From: Phoronis australis | Taxonomy: Eukaryota; Animalia; Phoronida | DNA length: 64,000 nucleotides | Direction: 5' to 3' | Assembly (NCBI GenBank): GCA_002633005.1 | Contig: NMRA01000313.1 | Location: 248,001-312,000, forward strand | Notes under the pieces: generated by a model | Database searches by the model: none | Seen by the model: the letters and a program-made list of their open reading frames with translations, nothing else | What the model was told of the DNA's origin: nothing | In this document: positions 25,424 to 38,177 of the stretch, in pieces | Layout of the letters: the number at the start of each line of letters is the position of its first letter | Numbering within the stretch: position 1 is the first letter of the stretch | Translations under genes and position numbers: made by a program

Positions 25424-26719
25424 CTAACTCCGGAGAAAGTTAAATGAAAACCAGAACTGAAGACCTATGAAATCATTGTTCGGGATAAAAGAACGCCTCA
25501 CGTGAGAAACAAAATACGGTCAATGAAAAAAGATTTGACCTAGTAGTAAATGAATCGCCTTTGTAGAGAAAATGACTGCAGCTCGTAAGAAAAGAATTGC
25601 GTTAATGAGAAAAGGACGTTGTTAATGAGAACACCTACTGAGTGAGTGGAAAGGTTGCCAGCCCTGCAGTTCACCTGTGGCATGCGCTCAATAAGTCAAA
25701 AGACTGTTGTTTCCACACGTGCTGGTTGCTGCTTGACGTTTTTACAGGTAGATGCTTTCAAAAAAAACCTGCATGTTCTACCTTCTGTTGTTACGAACTG
25801 GATTATAAAAGTATTGTCATGTGTTCTATTTACGAAACTTCCCAGTCCCAAAGTATAGACATCTACCGTATGATAATGTCATTTAAAAATCCACGACAGA
25901 CGAATCACTTTTCAATTGAACATGTCCCTTGACCACATATGCCGTATCTAAATTATTTCCATTTCGAAGACCTAGGTTCTTGATAAAAAGCACTATGTCG
26001 TGAAACTTCTCGAAATCACGCGAGTGAAAAGCGAATGTTTCGTGAGCATGTTTGGGTGCTTTTAAAGGGGCACACTACAGGCTTTTTGCTGCAGACACAC
26101 ACCGAAGTAGAGATGGGCCCTTTCTTCATGTGCCAAGCGAGTTTCTGAAAAAAAAACAAGGGGTTTAGTAGCATTCCCAACACACAAACACTACTCATGA
26201 TAACTGAAAATTAATTACGCTACAGATTTTTAATCGGTTAATTCACTTCAGAAAAAATCCCGGCGCACAAAAATATTTCTAAAGAACACCAAATTTGTCA
26301 TTTTTCTCCCCAAAATTGCCACTTCTCTGCATGTACCAGAAAAAATCCGACTACAGATTCTGAATGCTCGCACTCTCTAGATTTTGATATTGTGGTCATA
26401 GTATGCCCCTTACCTGATCTGTCTGACAGGCACCTGAAATCGCACCCGGTTTCTTGGACAGCAGGCGACAGGGGTTGAAACCAAAGCAAATGACAGCCAC
26501 CGTTTTGCATCAAAAGTAGATCACGGCTAAAAAATTTTCTCATTCAAAAACACAAGTAAATCAGTATCCTGGCGTTTGTTTTCAATAAATTACTCGAACA
26601 ACCAGCCAAAGCTGACATACGCCCTGTACATAAATTCTAGAATGCCCCGTGGCTACAGCGTAACTGTTCAGTGCTATTTTATAAGTCGTGTTACCAAAAT
26701 GGCGGTCATTGACGTGGTT

Positions 26720-26835
26720 GGAAGGATGTAGTGTTGAATTCCGATATTGAATTTGCTGTTTCCGTTCCATAAGTTGTGAAGATTTTTCGCCGCAAATGCA
26801 AACTGATGTCTTGCGTCTACGGAACTCAGTCCAGG
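26720..26835 (+). repeat. Dispersed repeat (second copy ~35780-35895)
   Basis: TGTTTCCGTT.CATAAGT..GAAGATTTTT.GCCGCAA.TGCAA.CT.ATGTCTTGCG shared. Confidence 0.75.
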
Positions 26836-27279
26836 AGTGCGTTCCGTTTACCATTTCCAATAACCTCCGTAAGAGGCCAGGCTGTAGACAGTGAGGTGGT
26901 TAGGATCTATACCGACTGTTAGTGGGTGACTTTCGAGATTCGAATCCGGATATACATGTAATAATTTATAGAGCTTTCTGGGCTTAAATCAAATTAGGGA
27001 CCATATTTTTAGTAATAAGTATTTAAAAAAGAACCAAATCTGACAAACGAACCATAGCTTACAAACAGTGGTATTGATACGATATTGTCTGTCTGTCTGC
27101 AAGCGTTGCCAGTAAACAATGCAACAACCACTAACGAGGGAGGCGCAGAACTAAAATAAGTGGGGGCTATAACCCTCCAACCCCTACGCAGATATTGCCA
27201 GATTCCTAACTTGCATAAAAGACTGAAAGGAAAGGTCTTTAAGAAAAAAATTCTCCAATCACTAGAAGTACCGTGGTTT

Positions 27280-27412
27280 GGTATTTTTCCGCAGATAACG
27301 GAATGAGGCAGGAATTGTGTTGCTTTTCTAACAACAAAATTAAAATAAACGACTAATACCATTTATGATAACATTTTCAATTGCCATTTTCATATCTTTT
27401 ACAAATACGCCA
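27280..27412 (+). repeat. Dispersed repeat (second copy ~37117-37218)
   Basis: TTCCGCAGATAACGGAA hairpin and CATTTTCAATTGCC shared. Confidence 0.6.
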
Positions 27413-27648
27413 TTTACTGGGAGATGCATTGTTTGTGACGTAATGTATGCTTGGGTGATTAATCTGAATCGAATGAGGTCAAGGGTCATTTCGTTCATGC
27501 TATGGTAATTGAAGAAAGACAAGTTAAACGATTCATTCTCATAAGCATTCGACGTCATGTCAATTCTTGTGAGAAAAGCAAGATCTCGTATAACCTCACA
27601 AAATCACACGAGTGTTTCGTAACTACATGTATGCTCGAAAGCTTACTA

Positions 27649-28553
27649 CCGGGATTTTCCATAGATAAGACCATGGGCGTGTATTTGAGGATTTTTCAGG
27701 CGTTTTAGTTACACCAAATAAACACCCGGGCGTTTATTCGGAAAGGGGAGCTTTTAAACGTATCTTTTATCGACTTTGGCATATTTTACATAAAACTGTG
27801 TTTTTAAATTTTATATTAATAAATGTGTAGCTCGCCAACATCCATTTTCGATTTTACAAGTGATAAATGCTCCACAAAGCTGAATTTGTGACAAAAACTT
27901 GACGTGGGTGGGCTTTAAGAGTAAATTTTGAGATTAAACGCCGCCACTATTTGGACACTCGACACCCCACTATTTGTACACTTGACAGCCCCACTATTTG
28001 GACACTCGACACCCCACTATTTGTACACTTGACAGCCCCACTATTTGGACACTCGACACCCCACTATTTGTACACTTGACAGCCCCACTATTTGGACACT
28101 CGACACCCCACTATTTGTACACTTGACAGCCCCACTATTTGGACACTCGACACCCCACTATTTGTACACTTGACAGCCCCACTATTTGGACACTCGACAC
28201 CCCACTATTTGTACACTTGACAGCCCCACTATTTGGACACTCGACACCCCACTATTTGGACACTTGACACCCCCACTATTTGGACACTTGACACCCCCAC
28301 TATTTGGACACTCGACACCCCACTATTTGGACACTTGACGCCCCAACTATTTGGACACTCGACACCCCACTATCTGGACACTCGACACCCCACTATTTGG
28401 GCACTTGACACCCCCACTATTTGGACACTTGACGTCCCACTATTTGGACACTCGACACCAGCAGTTGTAACACCAATAAACGGACATGGGCATAATTTTC
28501 CACAAACAAACACAGGCGTTTCATCTTTTGGGCTTATCTACGGAAAGTTCCGG
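27649..28553. mobile_element. Tc1/mariner-like MITE enclosing a minisatellite (related right end at ~35685-35755)
   Basis: TA|CCGGGATTTTCCATAGATAAGACC ... GGGCTTATCTACGGAAAGTTCCGG|TA. Confidence 0.65.
27944..28458. repeat. Minisatellite, alternating 21/22-bp units (43-bp dimer)
   Basis: CCCCACTATTTGGACACTCGACA / CCCCACTATTTGTACACTTGACAG-type units, about 24 in total. Confidence 0.95.
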
Positions 28554-28883
28554 TATAAGCTTTTCTTTTGCGTATGTTATTTTCCAAAGAAGTTTCTGAA
28601 GATTCCCGCCCAGAAATACGTATTGATTCTCAATGATGTATAAGTAAAATGATTTATTAATGAGAATGAATAGGTGCTTAGCTCTTTAAACTAAGGGTGT
28701 TGCATGAAAAGGCTCCCATTTTTTCAGTAATATTGAGTATTCAACGCAATAGCTTATTTTCGGTGTCAAAGCAAAAATTTACTGAATGACACACTGTTAG
28801 AATATTCAGTCAGTGCTAACACCATAAAGTTTAAGTCCACGGCCGATGCTTACCCGCGGTCAGGTATACCTGAGTCGAAAACT

Positions 28884-29053
28884 TCCATGGGCGCATGGTA
28901 CTCCATGGGCGCATGGTACTTCATGGGCGCATGATACTCCATGGGCGCATGGTACTTCATGGGCGCATGGTACTTCATGGGCGCATGGTACTTTATGGGC
29001 GCATGGTACTTCATGGACGCATGGTACATCATGGGCGTATGGTACTTCATGGG
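28884..29053. repeat. 18-bp minisatellite (CATGGGCGCATGGTACTY) x~9
   Basis: Direct tandem units. Confidence 0.95.
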
Positions 29054-29988
29054 TGACACGAGTATGATCTCTTACTGGTTTCCACAGAACAGCAGCTTAG
29101 AAATAGGCTTGGCTTTATGTCGCCTTTTCCACTGTCATGGTTCCATTCGTCCTGGCCTCCGTGCCGGCCGGTATTACAACTACCTGACGTAAGGGGTGAC
29201 TACGTTGGTCACGGCTTTTGTGCCACGTGCCCGCGGCTCCGCAACGGAAGGACTTTATTTCAAAGAAGTCGGCTGATAATCAACACTTGGACGGAGTACG
29301 TAGTCAAATTCCACCGACGTGTAATTTGAAAAGTCAGCTTGGGTAATTAAAGTTGCATTCCCTCTTGTTTGAGTATCTTAAACGGAAGTGGAATTAGCCT
29401 AATTCGATTTTTGGGCCGAGCCCAATTTTTCTCATAAAATCGGTCTCATAATGGCCTAGGCTTATTCATTCCAAACTACCGCGATAGAATTTTATTTCCG
29501 CTACCGCCAACAGTTGCAAGATTGACTAACGACGTTAATAAATAATGTACGCAACACTCACCTATCTGAACATGGCCAGAAATGCAATTCCCCACTTAAT
29601 GATGAATGACATTTTCGATTTAATTCCCTACAAAGGGTACGGTTTAGAAGTACAAAAAGTTGTGGCAATAACGCGAAATAGTAGTGGTGAAATATTAAGG
29701 ACTTTGGGAATAAAATTGGATTCGCTATTAAAGATATACGATTTGAACAGATTATTCTCCGCTGATAGTGTGTGTACAATAAGTAAACACGATAGTTAAA
29801 TCCGGGGCGTGAATGAAAATGTGTTGATCGAAATTTGGGAATTTTGATGCGATCGGATATTCCAACTGCCCAGAGTTTGTGTGCTGGTTACTGCGCTCTA
29901 TAACGACAAAATTGCGTTATGCATGCCTCTAAGAACGGACAGTTTTGGCTTTCTTTTTACTGACTCAAAACCCCGAATGATCTGCCTG

Positions 29989-30105
29989 GACTGGTCAGTT
30001 TTCACCCTGGCATGCTGTTTCTAGATGACCTGTCAGTTTTCACCCTGTCATGCTGTTTCTAGATGACTGGTCAGTTTTCATCCTGTCATACTGTGTCTAA
30101 ATGAC
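29989..30105. repeat. ~37-bp tandem repeat x3
   Basis: GTCAGTTTTCAYCCTGKCATRCTGTKTCTARATGAC repeated three times. Confidence 0.85.
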
Positions 30106-30531
30106 CTTGTCTTGTGGTATCAGCCTAGTAGTTAGGCGGTAAGAAAGACGTGCCTCATTAAACTCTGAGTTAGAGAGCACTCAGTGCACTTTCAGCTTAA
30201 GTGCACTTAAATTAAACTTTGCAGCTGCACTTTCATTTATTTTGCATGTTCTCACGCAATTTACATTCAATTTGTGTGCACACCAGAGACTTGTTTGTTG
30301 CGAAGCATACATGGAGATGCAGCGTATGTATTTTACGATAAAAAGCGTTAAAAGTGTTGAAAAAGGCGTTAAGTGTTGAGCTTATACTTGAGTCCGTCAA
30401 TCGTGAAATCTATAGGTGTTCTCGTATTCACAAGCACTACAACACATCAAATGCCGCCATCGTGAGGAGAAACTTTGCGCCTGCAAAGAAGAAGTGGTAC
30501 AGTCCTTGACCACGTGACGACTTCGTCTGAA

Positions 30532-32345
30532 TTATGATTTCAAACACTTGAAAAGTCTTACGCGTTTTACAATATTTGGTTGATTCGTAAAACCACCGAC
30601 ACTTCTGTGGGTGTCCTCTGACACAGAAGAAACGGCATCAAGAGGCACATGCACAAACGTCTTGACGTCATCTGAACTAATGTCTTCCATGATGTATGGC
30701 TTGTTGCTATTTTGCAATTTTGTTTTACTTTTCCCGTCGTATTCAGTGTCCATTGAATTATCACCAGCAGCAAAACAAAAATCATAATGAGGCAACGTTG
30801 CAAAAGGAAACGATCTGTTGTCCTCTAGGCGAGCATTCTCAACCTCCCCTGGTTTTATCTTAGCTTGAGGATTTGTTACTTTCTCGTTTTTGCTACTGAT
30901 AGAAATTTCAGTATTCTTTGGAAAACGCAACGTCACAAACGAAATGTGATTTTGAGGCCAGGTGGTGACACTAGAATGTTTATCGTCCAGTCGCATATCC
31001 TCACGGTTGTTGGGCAGACCAATACTCTGAAATTTCATTTTGTACTGTCCTTTTCATTAGTTTCAGCTATAAACGTGTACTCTAAAAGATTTGAAATATG
31101 AGAAGAAATGGCATCTGGGGACAACTTGGGGAAGCTGCGTAGATTTGCATCTTCTGGGCTTATACCTTCAACGCTGCCTTATTTGCTACACAGAGTCGCA
31201 GATGTGGAGTGGCCTGTGTCCTGTGTAAAGGTTTTCCCAAACGTAGAGGAAATTGAAGGCTCAGTAGAATCATTGAAATTAGACAGTGTGATGTCTTTTA
31301 AGTGGCCACTTCCAACGGATTTACTTTCGTATTTCAGGACTTCCTCCTAACTATCAACATTGTCAGCGAACTCAGCAATACCTAACGAGTGGATGACGTC
31401 GCCTGGTTTGTTTATTCTTTCCGGTTTATCGATTTCTCACCCTCCGCTATCAATCATACATGTAGAGCTAGGGCGTATGGTTTCTGAAGCAGCTATTTCA
31501 ATAGAAAAACGTTACACCGTAAGGTAACCCATGGATACCATACGGTTTGTCGTCTACCGCGGGAATATTCTCAACTATTCGTATTTTGAGACAATTTTCT
31601 TTCTCGGGCGTAATAATAGAAATTTGAGTTGCCAGTAACTTTTGCAGGTCCGTCATTCTTCTTTACCAATTCATTTTTGTCTGTGGAAATATGGTAAATT
31701 TCGTTTGAAACTGCAGATTTGGTCGACTTGGTGGCGTCTTCAAAGTGGTGACCTTCAACGTTTTTACTTTTATACTCCAGGACTTTCTCCATACCATCAG
31801 TCGCATCAGCGAACCCAGCGATATCTGACACTTGAATGACTTCCTGCCTAACATCGTCATTGTCGCTTGGTTTGTTTCTGTCTTTCAATTCCACTATTTC
31901 TCTCGCTCTATCATCAGGGTCACCAATAATCTCTTTGTCTACATCTGATAGATTTGTCTTCTCATGGGTATTGTTCTTGACCTTCTCATATTTCTCTGCG
32001 GAAATGTGGTACACTTCCTTCAAAACTGTAGACGTAGTCGACTTAGTGGCGTCCTCTGAGTGGTGACCTTGAACGACGGTTTTGTTTTCGGATTTCAGAA
32101 CTTTCCTTCTTACGATCATCATCGTCATTGCGCTTAGCAATCAGCGAAGTCCTAGAATTGAATGTCGCGTCTTCTAGATGGTCATTTTGAACAGGTTTTC
32201 CTTCAGATTTCAGGACTTTTTCTTTACTATTAGCGTCATCAACGAACCCAACGATAACTGACGTTGGATGACTTCCTGTGGAACATCGTCAATGCCACCT
32301 AGTATATTAGTACCAGTCAATTTCAGGACTTCTCTCCCTCAATTA
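30532..32345 (-). pseudogene. Decayed large exon encoding a hydrophilic, internally repetitive protein
   Basis: ORFs of 168 and 189 aa plus an intervening frame with stops; recurring motif (Q)EVIQ..IAxFAD...VL(K/E)x(E/K)xKxVxxxHxEDAT at least 4 times. Confidence 0.5.
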
Positions 32346-32379
32346 ACAGGGTCTACAATCGTCTCTTTGTTTACATCTG

Positions 32380-32825
32380 GTAGATCCTTCGGCTTCGGTC
32401 GATACGCGGAATAATGTCTTGTGGGATATTACTTTATCAACGCCACTCTCGGTACGTGTTGTGTATTTATTCACTGTATTGTATTGCGTATACAGGAGGG
32501 AATTTTGACGAGCAAGAAAGCATCCGTATCCAACGTGTGTTGAATAAGGAAAATCTGTATTCAACGCGCGTTGAATATGGAAAAGTAGTTCTTCCATATT
32601 AAATCTCACAATACGATCCGTATTTCATGACCATATTGTCACGCGTATAGGATAAATACACAAAACGTATCGAGAGTGGCGTACATGAAATAATATCCCT
32701 TGAGACATTATTCGGCGTATCGATCGAGACCAAAGGTCGAGGTCCATACGCGGAATAATGTCGAGTGGGATATTGTTTCATGTACGCCACTCGAGTTACG
32801 TTTTGTATTTATCCCATACGCATCA
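32380..32825. mobile_element. Palindromic non-autonomous element (Crypton-like), arm order A, inverted A, A
   Basis: ~85-bp arm GGTCSATACGCGGAATAATGTC..GGGATATT..ACGCCACTC..GTATTTAT at 32397 (+), ~32645-32727 (-) and 32741 (+). Confidence 0.6.
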
Positions 32826-33372
32826 AATTCATGAGTTTCTTTTGTTTTCTTTCGGCATTTTGTAAATACTTCACTCAGACTGTTTACGTGGCGAATCACC
32901 ACCTGTTGTGCATGTACGTGCGCGTTATTGCTAACTTACTATACTTAAAGAAAACAGTATTAAATGTAACGGTTTATTACGTGAAATCGATAAAAAGTGT
33001 GAAAACGAGAGTTGTTGTACAATGAACTTGTATCATATTTCGAAAATAAATAAATATCAAGAATACTTATAACATAATAAAAATCCTCATCGGGTAGCTG
33101 CACTCAGCGTAGCCTACATGTCGTCTGTTTTCACGAAGACGTTCATGAGTTCCCACCATGACCCTGTGTCTCAAAAAGGAATTTTATTATTACATCTTAA
33201 CAGATTTAATAGCCTTTAATACAACTGTTGCTACGAAACAATCTAAACATTTTAAAAATATATTTTTCTGTTATCGAGTTTGTACGCAATGGGTGGAAGA
33301 CCGCCTCAGCCGTTGTTGTTTTACCAGTGCGATACTGAGAAGAAAGTCCGCGTGGAGCCGTCTTTTTCAGAC

Positions 33373-33705
33373 ATGAAAAGGTGCGTTTGTGGAAACTGTG
33401 GTAACAACAACTTGACTGTGAACGTCTTAGTGTTCAAATTTCCTAAATACGTGAAAGTTGCACAAAAATGACATCGGTTTGTCATTGGCGGCGCACCATA
33501 GGGGCCTAGGGTAGGGCTATAGCCCCCCACTTTTTCAGGGTTAAGCCGCCCATGGTCTATAGGCGGTGCAACACAGGAGGGCGGGGGGGTTAGCCCCCAC
33601 TTTTTTCAGTGCTGCGCCACCCATGATTGTGCGTCGAACAAGAGTGTGGAGTGTCAGTGTGGAACATGCGATTCAGTTTGGCGAAAGCCACACTTTGATC
33701 GGCAT
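33373..33705 (+). pseudogene. THAP-domain relic interrupted by two mini-MITEs
   Basis: MKRCVCGNCGN...FKFPK...K*HRFV [insert 33483-33625] RRTR...; C-x4-C, FP and W(now stop)xxFV features of THAP. Confidence 0.6.
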
Positions 33706-34079
33706 ATTTCAAAGAATCGTGTTTCGACCACACACATAAGCGGCGTTACAATGAAGGACTCACCACCAAGTAAGTGCATTGGTAAATTTTGTAAATAAAG
33801 AACAAACTGTTTCCATTCTAGGGCGAGTGATGCCAGGCCCTGGACCCCGACCCAGATCGAGTGCTACTACAAGTAGGCTTATGCATATTGTGTTTAGACT
33901 GTGCTCATTCCATCACGGCAATAGTGAATACGAGTAACCCAGGTTGGCTGTGGCCTTTGTCAGTAATTATTAAATGTCTATTTTGTGAGTATTGACCACC
34001 ACTTGGTAGAGTTGGTTGTGGCTCACATATGTCATTTCTCGTGCAAGTGGGTCGAGTTCATACGCCAAAGTTCGCTAAA

Positions 34080-34990
34080 TGGGAAATCGANCCGGGAGGC
34101 CTGCTCCTAGTGCCATTTTTTCGTGAACAAAGCTATTGTGTTTTTGCCCAGTGATTGGTTCTTGTACCATATTTCTGAGTCGAGGGTTCTGCAGTGGTTG
34201 CTGTTGAAATAGAAAGGTGAGTCAGGGGTAACGGTGTTTGGTGGTGTTCGTGATCGGTAGGCTTTGTAAGTAGCAAAGGGGCACCTTGACGGATCTGACG
34301 GGTGAGCAAATACTTTTGGATTAAATGGTCTAATGTCGCTGCTAGTGCCGAACCTTCTTTTCGTTTCCCTTTCATTGAACTCTAGATATTGCTGGCCAGA
34401 TTCGTCATCAAACAACTGTATGTCTGCCCACTGTAGCTGGCGGCTTTCATGTGAACCCCGGAAACCAAACAGTTTGGTATTTAAAAACCATATTGTGTTG
34501 AGGAGTGCTTGTGGTGAATGTTTCCCAAGTTGACCCCACAACAGCAGTTCTTCCTCGTCATCTGTCAGTAATTCTGCCCTGTTTTTTCAATTTCCTTTTC
34601 CTTGTTGTTTCAAGTCACGCCGACGAGCAAAAAGCACGTCTTTGGAAAGTCGGAATATGGTTAGGTTGTCTACCATAGTGATTGGGTAGCCAATTTCTTT
34701 CAAGCTTCAGTCAATGGCCCTGTGTGAAGATCCATTGCCAATGCCATTAGAAAGCCCGCTACGAGGGTGTCTAGCTCTTTCGGGGACATGTCCAGCGACT
34801 TTCTTTTTCATTGTGGGCAACTAGCCAAGCAGCAAATCTCTTGGTTGCACATGCAGTTTTCTTGACAGTGTTGATGTTTTTTTCGGTTGATGAAATCTTT
34901 TGCTTTACTTGCCATCATTTGGAGTTTTTCGTTTTGCTTTTCCTGTTGCACCTCCTGTTATTCTAATTCAATCAACTCCTGAATTTCTGG
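34080..34990 (-). pseudogene. Crypton tyrosine recombinase (DUF3504; ZMYM/QRICH1/KCTD1-related) pseudogene
   Basis: KNINTVKKT..RFAAWL; DLKQQGKG..NRAELLTDDEEELLWGQLGKHSPQALLNTIWFLNTKLFGFRGSHE..YLEFNERETK..RCP..YKAY..SPFY..WYKNQSLGKNTI; frameshifts; similarity stops before the expected HxxR motif. Confidence 0.85.
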
Positions 34991-36604
34991 ATCCTCATAT
35001 TTTAATTGAACATTCCAAGATTGAAACTCATTATTTCTGTGGCCGACTGGGCTTCCGTAGTTACAGCGTCTGAGTTGCAGACGCTGTATTTCAGCAAATA
35101 AAACTGAGACAAAAGTGTCATATAATGAACAGTTTTGTACCAGATGTTATATTTGGGACCTGACTGCATGTTGAGTGTTATTTATACTGCTGCAATTTCA
35201 TTACTTGAAACTATTTTGGGAAGGTTTGATTATATGATATCTGGTTACCGACGCCCTAGTCGACATTGACCTAATTTTCCACTTTTGAGTATACAGGGGA
35301 CTTTTAAAAGTAGTGCGGGAGGTCAATACGGAAAACATCATTACATGGCCGTATTTACCTCGACTGAATTAACGCGTACGGGATAAATTACATACATTAA
35401 AAATGACGTATTTCTTTAAGAAATCACGAATGTTTGTTTAACAAAACTACGTCATAAAATGCTTGACAGTTTCGTAAAATACGCCCTAGTCGGTTTAATA
35501 GGTTTCATTAAACGTTTTCCATTGGGCCTGTTTTCGTAGACAGTCTGACCATTTTGTTGTGACAGGCTTGGTTTCATTTTGCGATTCTTTTAAACAAACA
35601 CGAGTTGATTGAAAGGGTGGCTATTTGTCTGATGTGAAGTGCACGTGTGGTATTTTGGAGTGCAAACCGCACAAGTGACATTTATTCCGCGTAATTTTCC
35701 GAATAAACGCCCATGGGCGTTTCATCGAGTGGGCTTATCTACGGAAAATCTCGGTAAAAGTCCTAGGAAAATGGCGGCCACCGTAGTGTTGAATCGTGGG
35801 ATTGAATCAGTGTTTCCGTTACATAAGTGAAGATTTTTTCGCCGCAAGTGCAAGCTAATGTCTTGCGGTCTACTACGGAACCTAGCCCAGGTCAATGTGA
35901 TACTCAGCGGGTTCCCAGCCAAATCCCGTGCACACAATACGTGAACTGAAAATGGCGCCAATGGATCAGGATTGCTGACGAAGAATTTTTGGTTAATGTT
36001 GCGAAACTCGACCCATTTAAGGGTAAAACGGACACGCACTATACGTTGCTTCTTTTTTCATTACGACTTCCTTATGTAACGTTTTGATTTGTAAAAATTT
36101 AGACTTAATGGAACATCGCGAGATTTCTACGTGTAGCCCTCCGTATCTGTTAATACGTAAGTACAGACAGGTTACGCGTCTACTTTTTAATACCAGTTAC
36201 CTCATTTACAACATTGGAAAACCACCTGTAAATTAAAACCGTCTACCGCGCGTTTGTAGTTGTTAACTAATGAATTATAATGGAAATTTCCAGGTTCATA
36301 GCCTTTGTAGATTCACTAATAATTGAAGCCAACTTGTTTACAGCTGTTTGCGACCAGATCACAGAATCTACACGGCTCAATATGGCTGTCAGCAAGCTTT
36401 GGTAATTTTGTCTGTAAGACCTCCCTATGATCTGTTTGGGGCCGTGGTGTCAATTTGCTCTTTCGTTTTTGCGAAAGTGGACAAAACGCGTACATTGCAC
36501 CAGCGGATACCAACGTATTTTATAAATGCCTTGCAATCATATACACGCACTGGAGTTTCAATTTTCAACTGGTTACACTAGCAATCCGCCGGTGTACAGT
36601 ATCC

Positions 36605-36930
36605 CCTCAAGTATTACCCATATCGACGTAGGGAACTTCAACCAGTTGGCCTATCAATCCGTAAGCAGTTTTTTTACTAAAGCAATTATGGTATTACACA
36701 TATGCTTTTAAGGGGTTTCAACCTGTTGAGCTATCAGTCCGCTAGGAGTTTCCACTCAAGTATCAATGGCATTACGCATATACTCCTAAGGGATTTCATT
36801 TTGTTGAAAAATCAATCGGTAAGGAGATTCCACTGAAGTAATAATGGTATTACGCATGCGCTCTTGGGAGTTTCGACCAGTTAAAGTATCAATCCGAAGG
36901 CAGTTTTCCACTCAAGTTATTATGGTCTAC
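36605..36930. repeat. Degenerate ~78-bp tandem repeat x~4
   Basis: Recurring GGTATTACRCAT..GGRTTTCAACC.GTT..TATCAATCCG..GAGTTTCCACT.AAGT. Confidence 0.75.
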
Positions 36931-38177
36931 CCACATCATAGGAATCGAGTTTCAGTTAGGTGACCATTTGATACACAAGGAGATTTCCACTCATTGCCAA
37001 CGAACCTCCATGAGAGGTACCACACAATCGGTATCAATAGTGAGGTGGTTAGTTTTCTCCTACAGATGAGACGAGTTTAGCGTGACCTCCTGTCACTAAT
37101 CAAGTAGGTCAATCTTGTATTCTTCCGCAGATAACGGAAGGTATGTTTTAAAGAAATTAGAAAATAACTAAAAACATTCATTTTCAATTGCCTTGTTCAT
37201 GTATTTCACAAATACCTTTATTCAACTGAAAAATTAGTTTGTCCACTGCAAAGTATTAATGTTTCCTTCTTTTGTTTAATGTTTCAAAATAACCCAAACT
37301 TTTAGGAGAAATTAGCGTATTTTAGCACTGAAACGTGAAGTGCATTGTCCAGTGCCGATCACTTCTGTCAAATGTGATTGGTCAGAATGTTAGAATTTTG
37401 CGTATTACAATTATTGTAATTACTGGTGAGATGGCACGCTCATTATATAGATGTATTCGCAAGCTCTTAACTGTGCTAATTTGTAGTAGGAAGTAAATGA
37501 CAATGCTATTTGAACCGGTCATCTACGCTAAACAAAGTGCGAGTGTATTCATTGACAACTTGTAAATATGAAAACAAAAAATTCTGCATATAGGTGACCT
37601 TTGTACTAATGACGTATTTTGGGGGCTCACATAACCCGCACAGTGTTATTCCCCAACACCACGTCACGATACTTACTGGACACGGTTCAGTGATTTACGG
37701 CGGACCATTTTCGACACAAAACTCGTTTGGCAATTTTCAACCTACGTCATATTCACATCGTCTCTATACGTTGTGTTTCTAACTAATTTGACTGTAGATT
37801 ATAGACAACAGATTCGCAGCTCTGACATTTTCTTGCAACGTATTTTAGAGGAGGCGTCACCCTCTAAACATAGCAAACTCAACTTCCGGTTAGTGTTTTG
37901 TGGCGGGAAATTCTTCCATCTTTTTTATCTATCTAGTTAAGTACAACAAAAAATCGGCGTTGAAACGCTGTTCAAGGTCTTCCAATAGCAGAGTCCAGAA
38001 ATTTTGAGCGGCTCCAGCGTGCATTCGAGCTTAAAATGAAACGTCCCGGTGGACAATCTAAACTGCTGTTGAAATGGGAGATTGCCTTTTCAGTAGATCT
38101 GGTGGTTATTTCTGGAGTATTAATATGAGCTTTATTTAAGAAGTCACCGTTTTACGAGCGTTCATTTCATTTATTTA

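Noticed and set aside
27944-29053. CRISPR array
   Set aside because: Units are contiguous with no unique spacers, there are no cas genes and the context is eukaryotic.
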